NCBI GenBank assembly: GCA_044892525.1
Contig: CM097888.1
Span: forward strand, 39,804,001-39,868,000
Direction of reading: 5' to 3'
Length of the DNA stretch: 64,000 bases
DNA from: Schmidtea polychroa
Lineage: Eukaryota
In this document: positions 15,501 to 27,419 of the stretch, one piece after another
Numbering within the stretch: position 1 is the first letter of the stretch
How the letters are laid out: each line of letters opens with the position of its first letter
Position numbers and translations under genes: made by a program
Notes under the pieces: generated by a model
What the model saw: the letters and a program-made list of their open reading frames with translations, nothing else
The model's database searches: none
What the model was told of the DNA's origin: nothing

Positions 15501-18500
15501 GATTTATTGATTGGTATTTGATGAGTTATGTTTCGATTTAAGGAAAGAGTTGTTAATGATGGCTGCTTTTAATGAAGAAATTTATGAATCTGATAACTCA
15601 ATGGAAATTGGAAATACTACAAACGAAACTGATGGTTCCTTTTTTATGATCCCAAGAGATCCTGATAACTTTAATGGTGTTTTTGGCCAACTAAGATTAA
15701 ATTTATTTGGTGGATGGATTTCCGTTGGTATTCGATGCAATAATTGTGATGTAGTAGCTACACAAAGAAAGGTTCCAGATAAAATGATTGAGAAGAGTTC
15801 AGCTACTAGGTTGTTTAATATTACTGAAAGTACTGGAGGTGTTATGACTGGTATGATCCCTGATTATCGATCTCAAGTATGTCGTGCACAAATGGAAGCA
15901 GCTAGATTTAGATATAAACATGGATATGAAATGCCTTGCGACATAATATGTCGTTCTATTGCGGATATTAAGCAGCTTTCTACCCAATCAACTGAGATGC
16001 GACAATTAGGTTGTTCAATGATGGAATTATCTTATTGTATTGACATGGACAAATTGTTGTTATTCAAAACTGGCTCTGTGGATGGAAATAAAATTATTAT
16101 GCTTTATCTTGAATTTAAACATGAACAGTGTGACTGCATCAGTGTTAATAAAGATTTTGTGTTGGGTCGTTTATTTATTTTGAAAAGAACACAAAGGAGT
16201 CAGACCGTGGTACCGACTTACATTAAAAACCCAACGTTATTATCAATAAAATAAATAAAATTTACTGCATAAAATGATTATTCTTAAATGCTAGTTTTGT
16301 AGAATTGCGATTCTTTTATTAGCCTCTTTTGGCAATAAATGATAAAAAATTGATGTTGATGTTATCGCTTAATGTTGGATAATATTTGTTTTAATAAAAT
16401 GTTTTAAATCTAGATCTATTTTGAGACCAAAATCTTGCTATTTTCTTTACCTAGCTACGCATTTATTAAGAAATTATTCCTAAGTTTATTTTACCACTTG
16501 AATTGTAATATTTACTAAGAACATCTGAATGGTATTACAAATACAAACAAAATGATTTTGTTAACTGCGGTTTTTTTATTCTTAAATAATAACTCAGCTT
16601 GTTCAACGTTGTTGATGTCTTGGTAAAATATTAAGTAATTTCTTTAGTTATCAGTACTTATTGAAATATTAAAAAAACGCGGAATTTTACTTATTTTGCC
16701 ATAAATATTAACATAAAAGTAATCGTGAAACTTTTATGAACTTATTACTAAACCTTTTTTAAAATTTTTTGAAAAATGGTTTATTAAGAGTTCAATTTCG
16801 AAAATACAAGAGGACTGTATTCTCCATGGACAAGCTGGTCCACTTGCTCAAAGACATGCGGATTTAGTACCAAATCACGAAATCGTCAGTGCGTTTCGGG
16901 AAAATGTACTGAAAGTTTAAATGAAATAAAAAGCTGCAATTTACCATTATGTGAATGTAAATAATTTAATTTAATATTTATCAGAATATGTTAATTTATG
17001 TTTAGTTAAAATTTATTCACAGTGGAGTTCTTGGTCCAAGTTTAATTTAACATCACTCACAAAAATAAGACTTCGATTTAAGTGTTTCAAAACATATCAG
17101 TATGAATCCTTTAATCTGTCATTCCATGATATTGCTCTATTTATTGACCACTCGTCATGTTCTACACCNNNNNNNNNNNNNNNNNNNNNNNNNNNNNNNN
17201 NNNNNNNNNNNNNNNNNNNNNNNNNNNNNNNNNNNNNNNNNNNNNNNNNNNNNNNNNNNNNNNNNNNNNNNNNNNNNNNNNNNNNNNNNNNNNNNNNNNN
17301 NNNNNNNNNNNNNNNNNNNNNNNNNNNNNNNNNNNNNNNNNNNNNNNNNNNNNNNNNNNNNNAATTCTGTAATAACTTCAACTACCTGGCGACTTTTTAT
17401 AAATCTCTGTTTGAGGATATCAAATCTCTTATCGTGGTGTATTAGGAAAGAGATTAAATTAATTTGTAAAGTTTCTAAAAACCTTTCTTATTTAATAGAT
17501 TTTGCTTTTGAGAAATTTATATTGCCTCACTTCCTAGAGCCAGTATTTGAAAGTCTGTATGGCAATAAAGTTACCTGAACAGATTTTCCTAGGTAGCCAC
17601 CCAAAACTTTAGCCTATAAAGACTAAAATTACTTTATATAGATATAATTTGAAGTCATAAAAATATATAAATTCACCTGACAGCCTAAAATTAGTGAAGC
17701 AAAAATTGATTAGTTTTGCAACAATTAATCTAATATTCTTGACAAGTCATTTTTAAGAGCTCTGTCATATGATCATGTCGTACTTTATAAGCCTTTCATT
17801 TTCAATTCATATCATCATCTAATAAGTTCTAATTGATCTCATTGATATTTTTCATTCATAAGATCAAATCATCAGAAAATGGACCTAAAACAATTTGAGA
17901 AAGAAAAAAAAGTCAATGTAGAGAAGTCGATGTGACCACCCGTCTGTGTTTGACCTTCGCGCATTTATATCGTTTTCCAAAGCTCACTAGTCACTCATCA
18001 TAAAGTCATTCATATATGGTAACGATATTAACAAGAAATAATGATTGAGAACCTGTACCTTCCAAAATTGTAAATAATATCTAAGGAAAATAATGTATTT
18101 GTTTATTCCTCATTGTTATATATAAATCCTTTCGAATAACCACGTCGCATTTCATCATGCTACTATAAATTGCCTCAAGGCCACCGTTCAAAGTATAAGC
18201 ATAGATTAAATCACATATCTGTGTAGCGAATCAATCAACTGGAATTGACTCTTGCAAAGTTAGCAAATAACGTTAGGTATTTAATCTCATCTCATCTGGC
18301 AACATATTCCAGTCACTGAAAATTCCGAAATAAGTACCAGCATGATCCTCATCTTCCAATACATAATCGATTGAATAAAAGATAGTTGTTGGATTGTCAT
18401 ATCTTCGAGTCTTCATAAATTTCATTAAAATTTCAAGAGAAAACAACAACTTGAGGAAAATCTTTATTTTCAAAAACTGCCAAAAAACCGTTTTGAAACC

Positions 18501-21025
18501 AAATTCTGAATCTTCCAGAAAAAACTAACTAATTAATCCGACCAAACAAACTATAAGAAATACCTCCAATTGTCCAAAAAAACAATCGATTTCTAAATCG
18601 AAAATACATTGCCTTGCGTCTGTGTGCGAACCCGACAGGCAAATGCAATCAATAATCAACGCGCATATAGACGCGATGCATAATTAACCAACATTTGTTG
18701 TTAAACAAGGGATAACATGTATTGGGAACACTTCTATATAAACCTACTAAATACATCTGAACTATATAATCAATATCGAACTTCAATAAGCAATAGGAAA
18801 TAAATAACCCTTATACACAACACAGCCCACATTTATATATCGTAAGACTTAACAAATCATATGTGATTTAGCTTAAGAAGTTAATCCTTATCCTGCGGTT
18901 GTCTACAGATATTTTGTATTTTTTATGAAATTTGGACTTTTATTTATAAAATTTTCTGTTTTACATAATATTTACATAAAATTTTACATAAAATTTAATA
19001 TTACCTTTGCCCCGAAATAAGTACCCGATTTGATAAAGATGTTTTTTAAATAAATGTTGGTTTTGAAATAAAAACACTTTTAGAAACTGAACCTCAAAAT
19101 ATAATTTCAACTTAACAATTAACATTAATAAATATTACAAGAAGGCGACTCAATAAATATATCAAGAAGCTTTATTGAACTTTCCTAAATGCTAATCTTT
19201 GCTTGGGTTGCTTGGATGAGCGCCATATTGCATTTAATACAAATTGGTAACTGTCCTGGTCGTTTCCATTTGTCTTTGCCTAAATGAGGTTAATTGTATT
19301 ATTTTTGTATTATTTTTGCCTCCATTGACCTTTGTAATTTCCATCATGCACTGCTGATGTGAAAGAAACATTTTATCACTTCTATATCTACGATTTTCCT
19401 TTTCATTCCATTTCTTCCAGCGCATACTGATCTTTCAAGTAATAACTGCCGTTCTCGTAGGCATATTCTATTTACAGTCTCCTTTGTTACGGAATATCAA
19501 ACGCCTGCATCTTTTATGTATTCGTTTGAGTTTATCACTTTTAGTTCCTTGTAGTAGGCAAATTTACATATTGACGCTTTTCCTGTGACAGATTATGTTT
19601 TCTTCTTTCTAGTGCAACTCCAGGAACTTTTTCACGGAATATTTTTCACCGGTATTTTTAAAAATTCTAAGATAAAATCTATTTTTAAAATAATCTTCCA
19701 AAATCCTAGCTAACGCCTTTAAACTTTTTCAGTACGTACAAATGTCATTTTTGACGTATTCTATTTGATATAATGAACCATTGCAATTGACGTTTCAAAA
19801 TATAATTAGTATCCAGCCAATATATAAATCGGACACTTATTTTCGAAGAGAGGTAGTAATTGTTTATTAAATTTCAGCATATCATTAAAAGACTGGCTTT
19901 AAATGAGTAAGTTAGTGGACAGGGACATATGTTGTGTCTATGACACATTTTATACAATATCTCAATTTATTTATTCCTAGGAAAAATCTGTTAAAATAAT
20001 AATTTAGATAAGAAACAGATAATTAATGGAAATTTCTCCGAGTGGTCCGAATGGTCTAGTTGTAGTAATTCATGCAAGAGTTCAGGATGGACAAATAGAA
20101 CCAGAAACTGCACCAACCCAATATGTTTCGGTAATTTTGACATAACTATTTAGCTACAAATTTTGAAAAATGTTATTTTATTATTATTACTATTAATGCT
20201 ATTTAGGTGAGACTACAGATTATAAAATGTGTCCAATACACTTGTGTAAAAGTTCATGGAATTGTTGGTCAATGTGGTCGGACTGTTTAACACCATGTGA
20301 AACAAGAGGAATGAGAACGAGAAAAAGACAATGCACTTATGATAGTAAAAGAACTCCATGCCACGGAAATGAAACTGAAATTTCTGATTGTCCTTTGAAA
20401 CAATGTACATTAGAATTATTTAGAAAACCTAATTAATTAGCTCCAGGTTCTTTCGCTTATTCCAAATGGACTGAATGGTCGTCTTGTAAAGAAAATAGTT
20501 TTAAAACTAGAAAACGAAAATGTTTATACGAAAAAAACTGTCTTTTTCCTTTGATTCAAAATAAACCTTGTCTCAGACAAATAAAGGACCAGCCAGGTAA
20601 AAATAGATTTAATATACATCTGTGAAATGTATTCTTTATATTCAGCGGAATATTCCTTCATATATATTATTGTATCTGGATTGGTTGGCTTTGTTTCTGG
20701 ATTGCTGATGGGAGCTATCATATGTTATATTTGGTGGAAAAGTACAATGAATGTGATGAAAGAGACTTACGGAGGATCAAATAGAATCAGTAATACAGCT
20801 AATCCGTTAGACGCTCAGTCTATTTACGACTCGCAATACTTACATTTAACCCCAGACCCATACAACAGCTTGTTTCGGCAAAGATCAGTATCGAACAGTG
20901 AAAGCAATATCAACTCCCCACCACCACAATATTACTTTCCCCAAAATGTATCGTTTTATCCAAATTCTTCTAATGCTCCTTTAATGCATTCTCATTTACC
21001 AGAAGAACAGATAGAGATGAGTTAA
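6528..21025 (+). CDS. SEMA5: Semaphorin-5-like gene (Sema + PSI + TSP1 repeats + TM + cytoplasmic tail), multi-exon; 5' exons not resolved
   Basis: Phase-compatible GT-AG exons: 6714-6833 (SAICVYSIKSIEDAF, Sema motif), 6882-7196, 8921-9272 (LFVGSSHRLIKIPLDMC..APYCYW, PSI), 12208-12378 (DGDWTAFSSWSDCSLTCGYG, TSP1), 16789-16956 (TSP1), 17006 to gap (YSQWSSWSKFN..RLRFKC, like the atypical Sema5 TSP repeat), ~20019-20130, 20207-20404, 20441-20596 (TSP1s), 20646-21025 (TM YIIVSGLVGFVSGLLMGAIICYIWW, then stop). 6528-6613 is a probable additional exon. Confidence 0.88.
7480..8455 (-). mobile_element. Decayed Tc1/mariner-superfamily transposase (DUF4817/DD37D-like) in a Sema5 intron
   Basis: Minus-strand translation with stops and frameshifts: NTQRAFSKKY..RSGENITALRTSI..CRSQE..IIFLDEARF*LKGFVNKQNCRY*W..KVIVW..WFQKNDAKCHIA..FESMVYSNKP, colinear with this family. 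Confidence 0.75.
8563..8684. repeat. Short hairpin/MITE-like inverted repeat
   Basis: aatcagtaaatatatcgatgttt (8585-8607) is perfectly inverted at ~8639-8661, with imperfect extension on both sides. A related arm occurs at ~29451-29480. Confidence 0.6.
10565..10855 (+). mobile_element. Penelope-like element 3' fragment, GIY-YIG endonuclease
   Basis: LVYQFTCNGCNATYIGETSRHLDIRARDH...DFQIL...RVICEALLIKSLNP matches the PLE GIY-YIG pattern. No RT ORF is visible upstream. Confidence 0.8.
12859..14085 (-). pseudogene. NXF1: NXF1/TAP-like mRNA export factor copy, frameshifted, nested antisense in a Sema5 intron
   Basis: The C-terminus QIELVKKFKEFSGLNLTTCVNFL...LYLSGNVPQEAY is a TAP-C/UBA domain. 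Upstream NTF2-like pieces (RDFSFINV / LTINGIVK / SAYTRF / LTIMN) lie in three different frames. FKIVIP at ~14070 resembles the NXF1 RRM start. Only 12859-13400 is well supported. Confidence 0.6.
14758..14850 (+). repeat. 17-bp tandem repeat (aacccgagctaatgg[g/a][a/g]), about 5 copies
   Basis: Direct reading of the sequence. The last copies are degenerate. Confidence 0.85.
15277..15450 (+). promoter_or_regulatory. GC-rich double-hairpin cassette upstream of the PSMA6-containing ORF
   Basis: cgcgtctgtgtgcgc (15299-15313) pairs perfectly with gcgcacacagacgcg (15339-15353). A second pair lies at 15390-15404/15432-15446. A homologous copy is inverted at 18605-18692. Regulatory function is inferred. 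Confidence 0.45.
15556..16254 (+). CDS. PSMA6: Intronless chimeric ORF containing an internal fragment of 20S proteasome subunit alpha type-6
   Basis: GGWISVGIR..VVATQRKVPDKMI..LFNITESTGGVMTGMIPDYRSQVCRAQMEAARFRYKHGYEMPCDIICRSIADIKQLSTQSTEMRQLGCSM aligns by eye to PSMA6 residues ~35-150. The N-terminal alpha signature (FSPEGRLYQVEYA) and the C-terminal half are replaced by unrelated sequence. First ATG 15556 (track start 15511 is TTG). May be a pseudogene. Confidence 0.75.
   Translation: MMAAFNEEIYESDNSMEIGNTTNETDGSFFMIPRDPDNFNGVFGQLRLNLFGGWISVGIRCNNCDVVATQRKVPDKMIEKSSATRLFNITESTGGVMTGMIPDYRSQVCRAQMEAARFRYKHGYEMPCDIICRSIADIKQLSTQSTEMRQLGCSMMELSYCIDMDKLLLFKTGSVDGNKIIMLYLEFKHEQCDCISVNKDFVLGRLFILKRTQRSQTVVPTYIKNPTLLSIK
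17169..17362. other. Assembly gap (N run)
   Basis: Run of N inside the Sema5 region. ORFs crossing it are unreliable. Confidence 0.99.
17370..18473 (-). pseudogene. Decayed intronless ORF of unknown family, downstream of the second hairpin cassette
   Basis: Long stop-interrupted minus-strand reading frames. The 5' end shares ttttaatgaa..atttatgaa and a weak D..F.G.F..RLN pattern with the non-PSMA6 N-terminus of the 15556 ORF. Confidence 0.35.
18605..18692 (-). promoter_or_regulatory. Second, inverted copy of the GC-rich hairpin cassette
   Basis: Minus strand reads tggttaattatg..cgcgtctatatgcgcgttg..tattg..cgcacacagacgcaaggcaatgtatttt, colinear with 15277-15370. Confidence 0.45.
19170..19560 (-). 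mobile_element. Possible heavily decayed piggyBac-like transposase 3' fragment
   Basis: Scattered minus-strand peptides NEYIKDAGV*, KISMRWKKW and ICIKCNMAL resemble the piggyBac YN..MGGVD, YRI..R.KKW and C-terminal Cys-rich motifs. They lie in different frames. Confidence 0.25.
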
Positions 21026-22637
21026 TATTGTGTTGAAAAAAAAGCGATAAGTACGTCTCGGTGAAAGCTTTCTCTGATTTTTGTATAGATTTTGTTTTGA
21101 ATATATGAATCTTTTTTTTGTAATTTTTTTTAAATAATTTACTTTTATTAAAACTATTTAAATATTAATTTTCTTCATAATGTTGGAGCTTTGTAAAATT
21201 AAGGAAGAGACAGAGTTATGCGCAAAGCAATTAAATATAAAATTTAACACAACAACGTAGAAATAAAAATAGAGATAAAATACAAAGTATTAATTAAAAA
21301 TTGAAAATATTAATATTTTTCAGCGGAAACAGACATGATCGAGAGCCAAATGATGAAACGAATAACAATATAAATTTCGAAGAATTATAAATATTAAAAA
21401 TACATTTAGAAAATCATCAAAATATTGAGTTATTAACAAATTAGTTTACTTTCGCAAATATATATTTTACCCTTACGATAATTAATTTCATCAGAAATGC
21501 TAAAAAATATTTTTAAAAGTTCTTATTAAATCAAAAGTATGAAAATTATAATAACTATAAAAATTATTATTACACTAAAATATTAAATTACAATAAATTA
21601 ATTAATTCAATATGCTATAAGCAGGAAAAATGTATACAATGGCCGATTTATGCACTCATATTTATTAGTGGTATACAGTCAGATTCACTGGATTATTATT
21701 TCGCATACACCAAAATTACAAACATAATTACACACCATGTTAAGTTATTTTCGCGATGCTATATTGTCAAACCCTATAAAATCATAAAAATATCACGTGA
21801 TTTGGAAATTATGTATCCTTTGTGGAATTTAGTAATAAAATTAGTTACAAAATATATTCTCCTCATTAAACTAAATTGTGCCAATAGTTAAATGCATCCT
21901 TCTGAATAATTTATTCCAGATAATTCTGACTACATGTGCTACATAATATAATAAAAATAGCAAAATACATTTAATCCAATATTATACTTGGTAAGTCTCA
22001 TACTCGGCCGGTATTACACACAATAGTTATTTTGCTGAATAAATAAAGCCCTAAAAAATTAAACGAAAATTGATTCATGAAAATTTGATAACTGTTACTC
22101 TTTAGTTTTCATAGGTTATAAAAACTGATTCACCTCCTGTGAAGGTTGTTGAGAATTTACTGCAAAATTTTACGGATCTTTAAATTGATCTTAAGAATGA
22201 AACATTGAATTAAATCACTCTATATTGTATGTTAAGGTTGCTATCTTTGTAAGTTGAAATTGGAGCCTAGGGTTTTTGATATCATGCTTTGGATCATCAA
22301 TAATGTATTTCCTCGGAGTAACAATGTGCCACCCTCACAATCATTTATTATTCAATGGAAAATGCAAAAGTGTGACAAATGTTCAACATAAACTCATTAC
22401 AATGTCATATATGTCTACCACACCAACAAACCAAGAGTAAAAGGTATTTTCAAAATTCAAGTTAGCAAGTTAATACACAAAACAATACAAAATCATTTTT
22501 TTAAACACATGAAAAAATAAATTCAACAATTTGATTTTCAAAATTTTATTTTTAATTAATTTTTCAAAGAAAAATTAATCAATAAATTGTGATAAGAAAA
22601 ATAAGATCGATGAATTAATCAATAATTTCGGATCCAT

Positions 22638-23538
22638 TTATAATTCTAAGCTAGAATTTTTTTGATACACCAATGTAATCTTTTTTGTAGCGAATCCATC
22701 GACACCCGTGGCGAGACATTCGTAATTGCCTTCGTGTTTCAACTGGAAATCGGTAATCTGCAAGAAAGCAGTGAGGCGCATCTTTTCTGGTCCACCTCGC
22801 ACGCTGATGCTCATTTCTTCAGAATCGCCTAATTTTTAAAATAATTTTATTAAATATTTTTTATTGTATTTTAAAATTTTATTTATTATTTTAAATATAT
22901 ATATATACATATATTTACCTGGTAAAGCTTGTGGTTCAATTGCTCCTGGGGCAGTATAAAACCACTGGACAGTTGGAATAGGGAATCCTTGAACTTCACA
23001 GAGAATTGTGTGTTTGGATCCTTGAACAACATTTTGACTGTCACTGAAGCTAATGATTTTTGGGCCTAGAAATTCATGGAATAAACAGTATTTATTTTTA
23101 TCAATATATCTTACGAGTTTGACATGGTCCATCGTGTTTTTGATTAATCTTCAATTTCATTGAAGCAGCTGCAAATTGGCATGGAGTATAGGTAATTCCA
23201 TCACTTCCACAAACCAACCCCTTCAATTGACAAACACAGACACTTTGGGATTCGTATTTCGATGAGTCAATATCGTTTCTTTTAACACATTCCATGTTAT
23301 CTCCACAGAATCCATGCCATATTTTGCTCTTTTTTGCCGAATAGTCACTGCAAAGTTGTCCTTCTTCCAATCCACAAACCTCACAACATCCACATTTATC
23401 TCTAACTAATCCTGCATTACAAACTCCAGCTGGTGGGCATTTATCAAGATCACAATGCAAACAGTCCATATCCTTGGCAGAAACGACTGCTAGAGTGATT
23501 AAAGAAATAACACTTAGTAAAGTAAGTTGAAATTTCAT
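22638..23538 (-). CDS. Secreted IGFBP-related protein (IGFBP + Kazal + Ig; IGFBP7/KAZALD1/IGFBPL1 family), 3 exons
   Basis: Exons 23538-23115, 23065-22919 and 22828-22638 with GT-AG phase-1 introns. Signal peptide, RDKCGCCEVCG (IGFBP), VCGSDGITY..C (Kazal), ILCEVQGFPIPTVQW and VRGGPEK..LQI..HEGNYECLA (Ig). Confidence 0.92.
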
Positions 23539-23584
23539 GATTTGTTAATTGGAATTGTGAATATTTCTTACAACTTGCAGTGTC

Positions 23585-23592
23585 CTTTTATA
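23585..23592 (-). promoter_or_regulatory. Candidate TATA box of the IGFBP-related gene
   Basis: TATAAAAG on the minus strand about 50 nt upstream of the ATG, within a locally GC-richer promoter-like stretch. Confidence 0.45.
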
Positions 23593-26500
23593 GGATGGGA
23601 AATCTATGTGCTTCTTGCACATGTGCACACTGGTTTTGTGTGCCACTGGAAATAGCACATCACTTTCATGGATTTCGGTGCCACAAACCGATTTACACTT
23701 GTAGATTATTCCCATTTATTAGATGATTTTTAATAAAACATATTACTCATCAATTTTAATGTAATAGAGATGATATCGATTTTTATTTAATTAACTTTTA
23801 TTAATAATCAATTAATTGTTGTAATTTTGTCGAATATTATTGATTTATTTTCATATATTTATTGAATATAATTATTCTATAATTAATTATATGCCAGCTT
23901 GAAAGATTGATGTGAAAAATGTCACATTTTTTTTCATTGAGAATTTTCACTGCTGGTTTAAGGTGAATTTTTTTTAATTATTTTATTGATTGATTAATTT
24001 TTATAGATTTCCAATAATGATGTGTTTTAAATTGTTGAAAATTCTTGGAAGATAATATGTACAAACGAGAAGTCGAGGCAAATGTTTTTCATGGTTCAAT
24101 GGAATTTGAATAATATATAAATTTAATTTAAAAAATTTAATTATTTTTAATATATATTTAAAGTTTTCATAAATACAAACCCTTATTTTCTGTTTATTTG
24201 TTTTTTGTAGAAATATTTTATTTTATGAAAAATTACGGGGTGTTCTAAAATTTTGATTGAAAAAATAATTACAAAACGTATATTTAAATGACAATGAATT
24301 GCCGATAAAAGAACATAAATTTATTAGAAATAATTATATTAAATAATAAGAAAATATTTATTGAACTGATATTTGGTGGAATTATAAAGCTGTTTTCCTA
24401 CGCTCCTCAATTTTTACACGATGCTAATTCTTTAATTAGTATATGAAAGCACATGTTTTACTTCTACAGAATTGACATGCAACTCGTCCCCTCCATTTAA
24501 GATAGATAAAAACTGGGAAATCTGGCTAAAGAAAATAAACATATATTAAATTTCATTGCAACAAAAAAATTTTAATTAATTTATTATTTTACTATAACTT
24601 TTTCTAGGGACCTCTCACTAAATTTTTATTATTGTTTTTGGATTTTTCTCATGATTTATAGTTCAGCCATACCCATCTCTCTGATCGATAATCATTTTTA
24701 CATTTACATTAAATTTTTTAATTAATTTTGCACTTTTATTATTTTGGTGTTTTTTTAAATTTTTATTATGCTTCCGTTTTGTTTTGTGCCTTTATCCATC
24801 ACCTCGACAAATTTCTACCGGGTGATTCAGGGAAAGTAAGGTACCCTTAAAAAAAGTATGTTACGTTCAAGAAATTAGAAACCCTTCAGAAACGCCATTC
24901 GACTTTTAAGAAATTAATAAATGTAATATTTTAAATTTTTTCATTTAAAATTTCATAAAAGGAAGAATTTGATGGAATGGTAAAACTAACCCGAATTAAT
25001 ATGACTGAATTTGAGGGACTAGAAATATAAATTACTATAAAGAAGCTTTGAAAACAAAAATTATGGGTGTAAATATTCCAGCATATGGCTATATGTATTT
25101 TCAAAGAAAATATCTTAAACGTATAAAGTTTTGTGGTTAAGGTTTTCGTCTCAGGTAAAAGTAAGTGAATTAGCCAGGTATTTAATTTTTAACTATTTTA
25201 TTAAGTGTTTACAAATTGTTTTTATGGTGGGTTACTTGAGGGAAAGATCTTTCACTAGATCCTTATTCGACCAACGCTTTTCTTATTTCCGTATTCCCCT
25301 GTGCAGCCTCGCATATTGTTTTAATTCTAGATTGTAATTCGTGTTCGTTTCTTCCTTCTTATTTTAGGATTTGCTTGTTGGTTGGTTGGTTTTTTTGTTG
25401 TTTTTGAGCTCTGCAATGGTTGTAGATTTCTTTCCTCTTGATTTCGATACTAGTTTTCTTTCTCTTTGAAGGTTGTTGGATTGGTTCCGAAAGTTTTCTA
25501 TATAATTTGTTGATATAATATATTCCTTTGAGAGTATTTATCTATAGATTTTTTGGTTTGTTAAAGTGTTAAACAATGTATTTTTGATTAATTGATTTTT
25601 TTGCTCTTTCTTTTTTATTGCTTTTTTGCTTTTGTTGTGTTGAGTTTCTCTATTTTTGTATTTGGGTTTAAATACCCGTTTAAGCTCAGGTATGAATCTG
25701 CTGTGCACAGTGTCCTAACAAACATATTTATTATTTTTATTTTTTCAATTTGCAGTAGCTTTTTGCTACCCGATCATTGGTCTGACTCAGCTATTGTAAA
25801 CTTCAATATTTACATCCGTATTTTATAGTAACATTTAATTTTCAACCCCGATTTCCTTGGGTTCCTTTCGGATAAATTACTTCTTATTTTCGATAATTAC
25901 TCTTTTCTTTGTTCTTTTTCCTTGACTGTTTTTTTCGGCAATTTTCTATGACTTGACTTTTCTGTCTCCCCAATTTATTCATTTCTCTTTAAAATGTTTT
26001 GTCATTCTAAAATTGCTTTCCTTTTTTGAATTTATTATATTTTACTTTCATTATTTTGGTTTATTTTGATTTTATTATTTTTTTGTTTTAATCGATAATT
26101 ATCTATTTTCAAATTTTTGATGTTTTTAATTTAATAATTATTATATTCTCTGTTTTTTACGTTTTTATTTATTTTTTTTTCTTTTATTTCTAATTTATTT
26201 TAATTTCATTAATTTATTTATCGTATCTTTTTGCTATTTTTCTTTTCGTGATTTGAATTCTTCGCCTTTTTTACTCTTTGTTTCTCCATTTTGATTAAAC
26301 AGATTATTTATTTCTCCAGTTTTTGCCCAATATTTTCGATACTGTCTTTATCAAATGTTATCCAATAAGCAATTCTCGATTCCTGGAAATTATATCGACA
26401 GAGTCAGGGTCGTTTTAGCTAATTTACAATTAATATAACAATCATTTACTTTATATCAATCTCCTGTATACGAAGGAATGAGTACGGATCCTCGCTGAAT

Positions 26501-27419
26501 TATTTTTGATATTTAAAATTTGTTTTTTATTTACTATTTCAAATTTTTATCGACAACAAATTCTTAAATACATTTTTGATTAATTTATTTGAACCTTTAA
26601 TACATATTTTCATTTACTTTAAGTTTTCAGTGTCTTCAAGTGATTTTTTGTGAATACCTGAATTACAAAAACATTAAATAAAAATGAACGGTAAAAATGG
26701 CTACAATAAATGATATCGTGCTCTCAAATTTGGAAAAAAATGAATGAATCGAAGAAATCGAAAAAACTATAAAGATATAGCAAAAAATCAATGATTTCGA
26801 ATAATGAAATATGACAAGATCGTTTTTAATTAATAAGTGCAACTGAAAGTGACAAAAAACAAAAATAACATAATTTGAGAATGGAAACCCGTAATCTCAA
26901 GAATTTACACGAGATAATAAATGAATCACTAAAACAGTCGGAAAAATAAAGAAAACGAAATAAAATGATATATCTTGCCATCTGCCAGAGGTAATGTGGG
27001 AATTAAGAAATCCCAAAGAATAAAACACTATCGGAGTCAAATAGTAGTTATTGATTTGATAAACCACCAAAAATTTGATTTATTTAATATAATTTCCTTA
27101 AACTTTTAAATTTTTAAGGTCAATTTCAAATTCCAAACGTATAGAAAAGTTAGGAAAAAAGGTTTTGGTTTGCGTTATGAATTCATAGAACCAGTTAAAA
27201 AATTAATAGCTTTTCTATGAGCAGCGTGTAGAAAGAAATATATTTTTCAATAAATGACTCATAAATTAAAATATTTTATTTTTGTACAATAAAACATTTT
27301 TTGTTATCTTAAGACTTACATAAATTCTAACGTAACCTTTTCGCTTCTTAATATCTTTCAAATACAAGTTGGTTATTTGACCTAATGTTCAAGCCTCAAC
27401 TACGCTAAATGAATAGTCT

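Noticed and set aside
15299-18675. Single Pack-MULE-like element bounded by the two inverted cassettes
   Set aside because: Bona fide Sema5 exons lie between the cassettes, similarity does not extend outward into long TIRs, and no TSD was found.
19745-19800. Minus-strand NGSLYQIEYV resembling the proteasome alpha N-terminal signature
   Set aside because: Followed by a stop with no further colinear proteasome similarity. It is on the wrong strand and too distant to complete the 15556 ORF.
24817-25180. TACCGGGTGATTCA mariner-type TIR start
   Set aside because: The matching right TIR is too degenerate to define an element.
25330-27100. Possible gag/zinc-knuckle or LINE ORF1 remnants
   Set aside because: The Cys/His spacing is broken by multiple stops, and the composition alone can explain the short ORFs.
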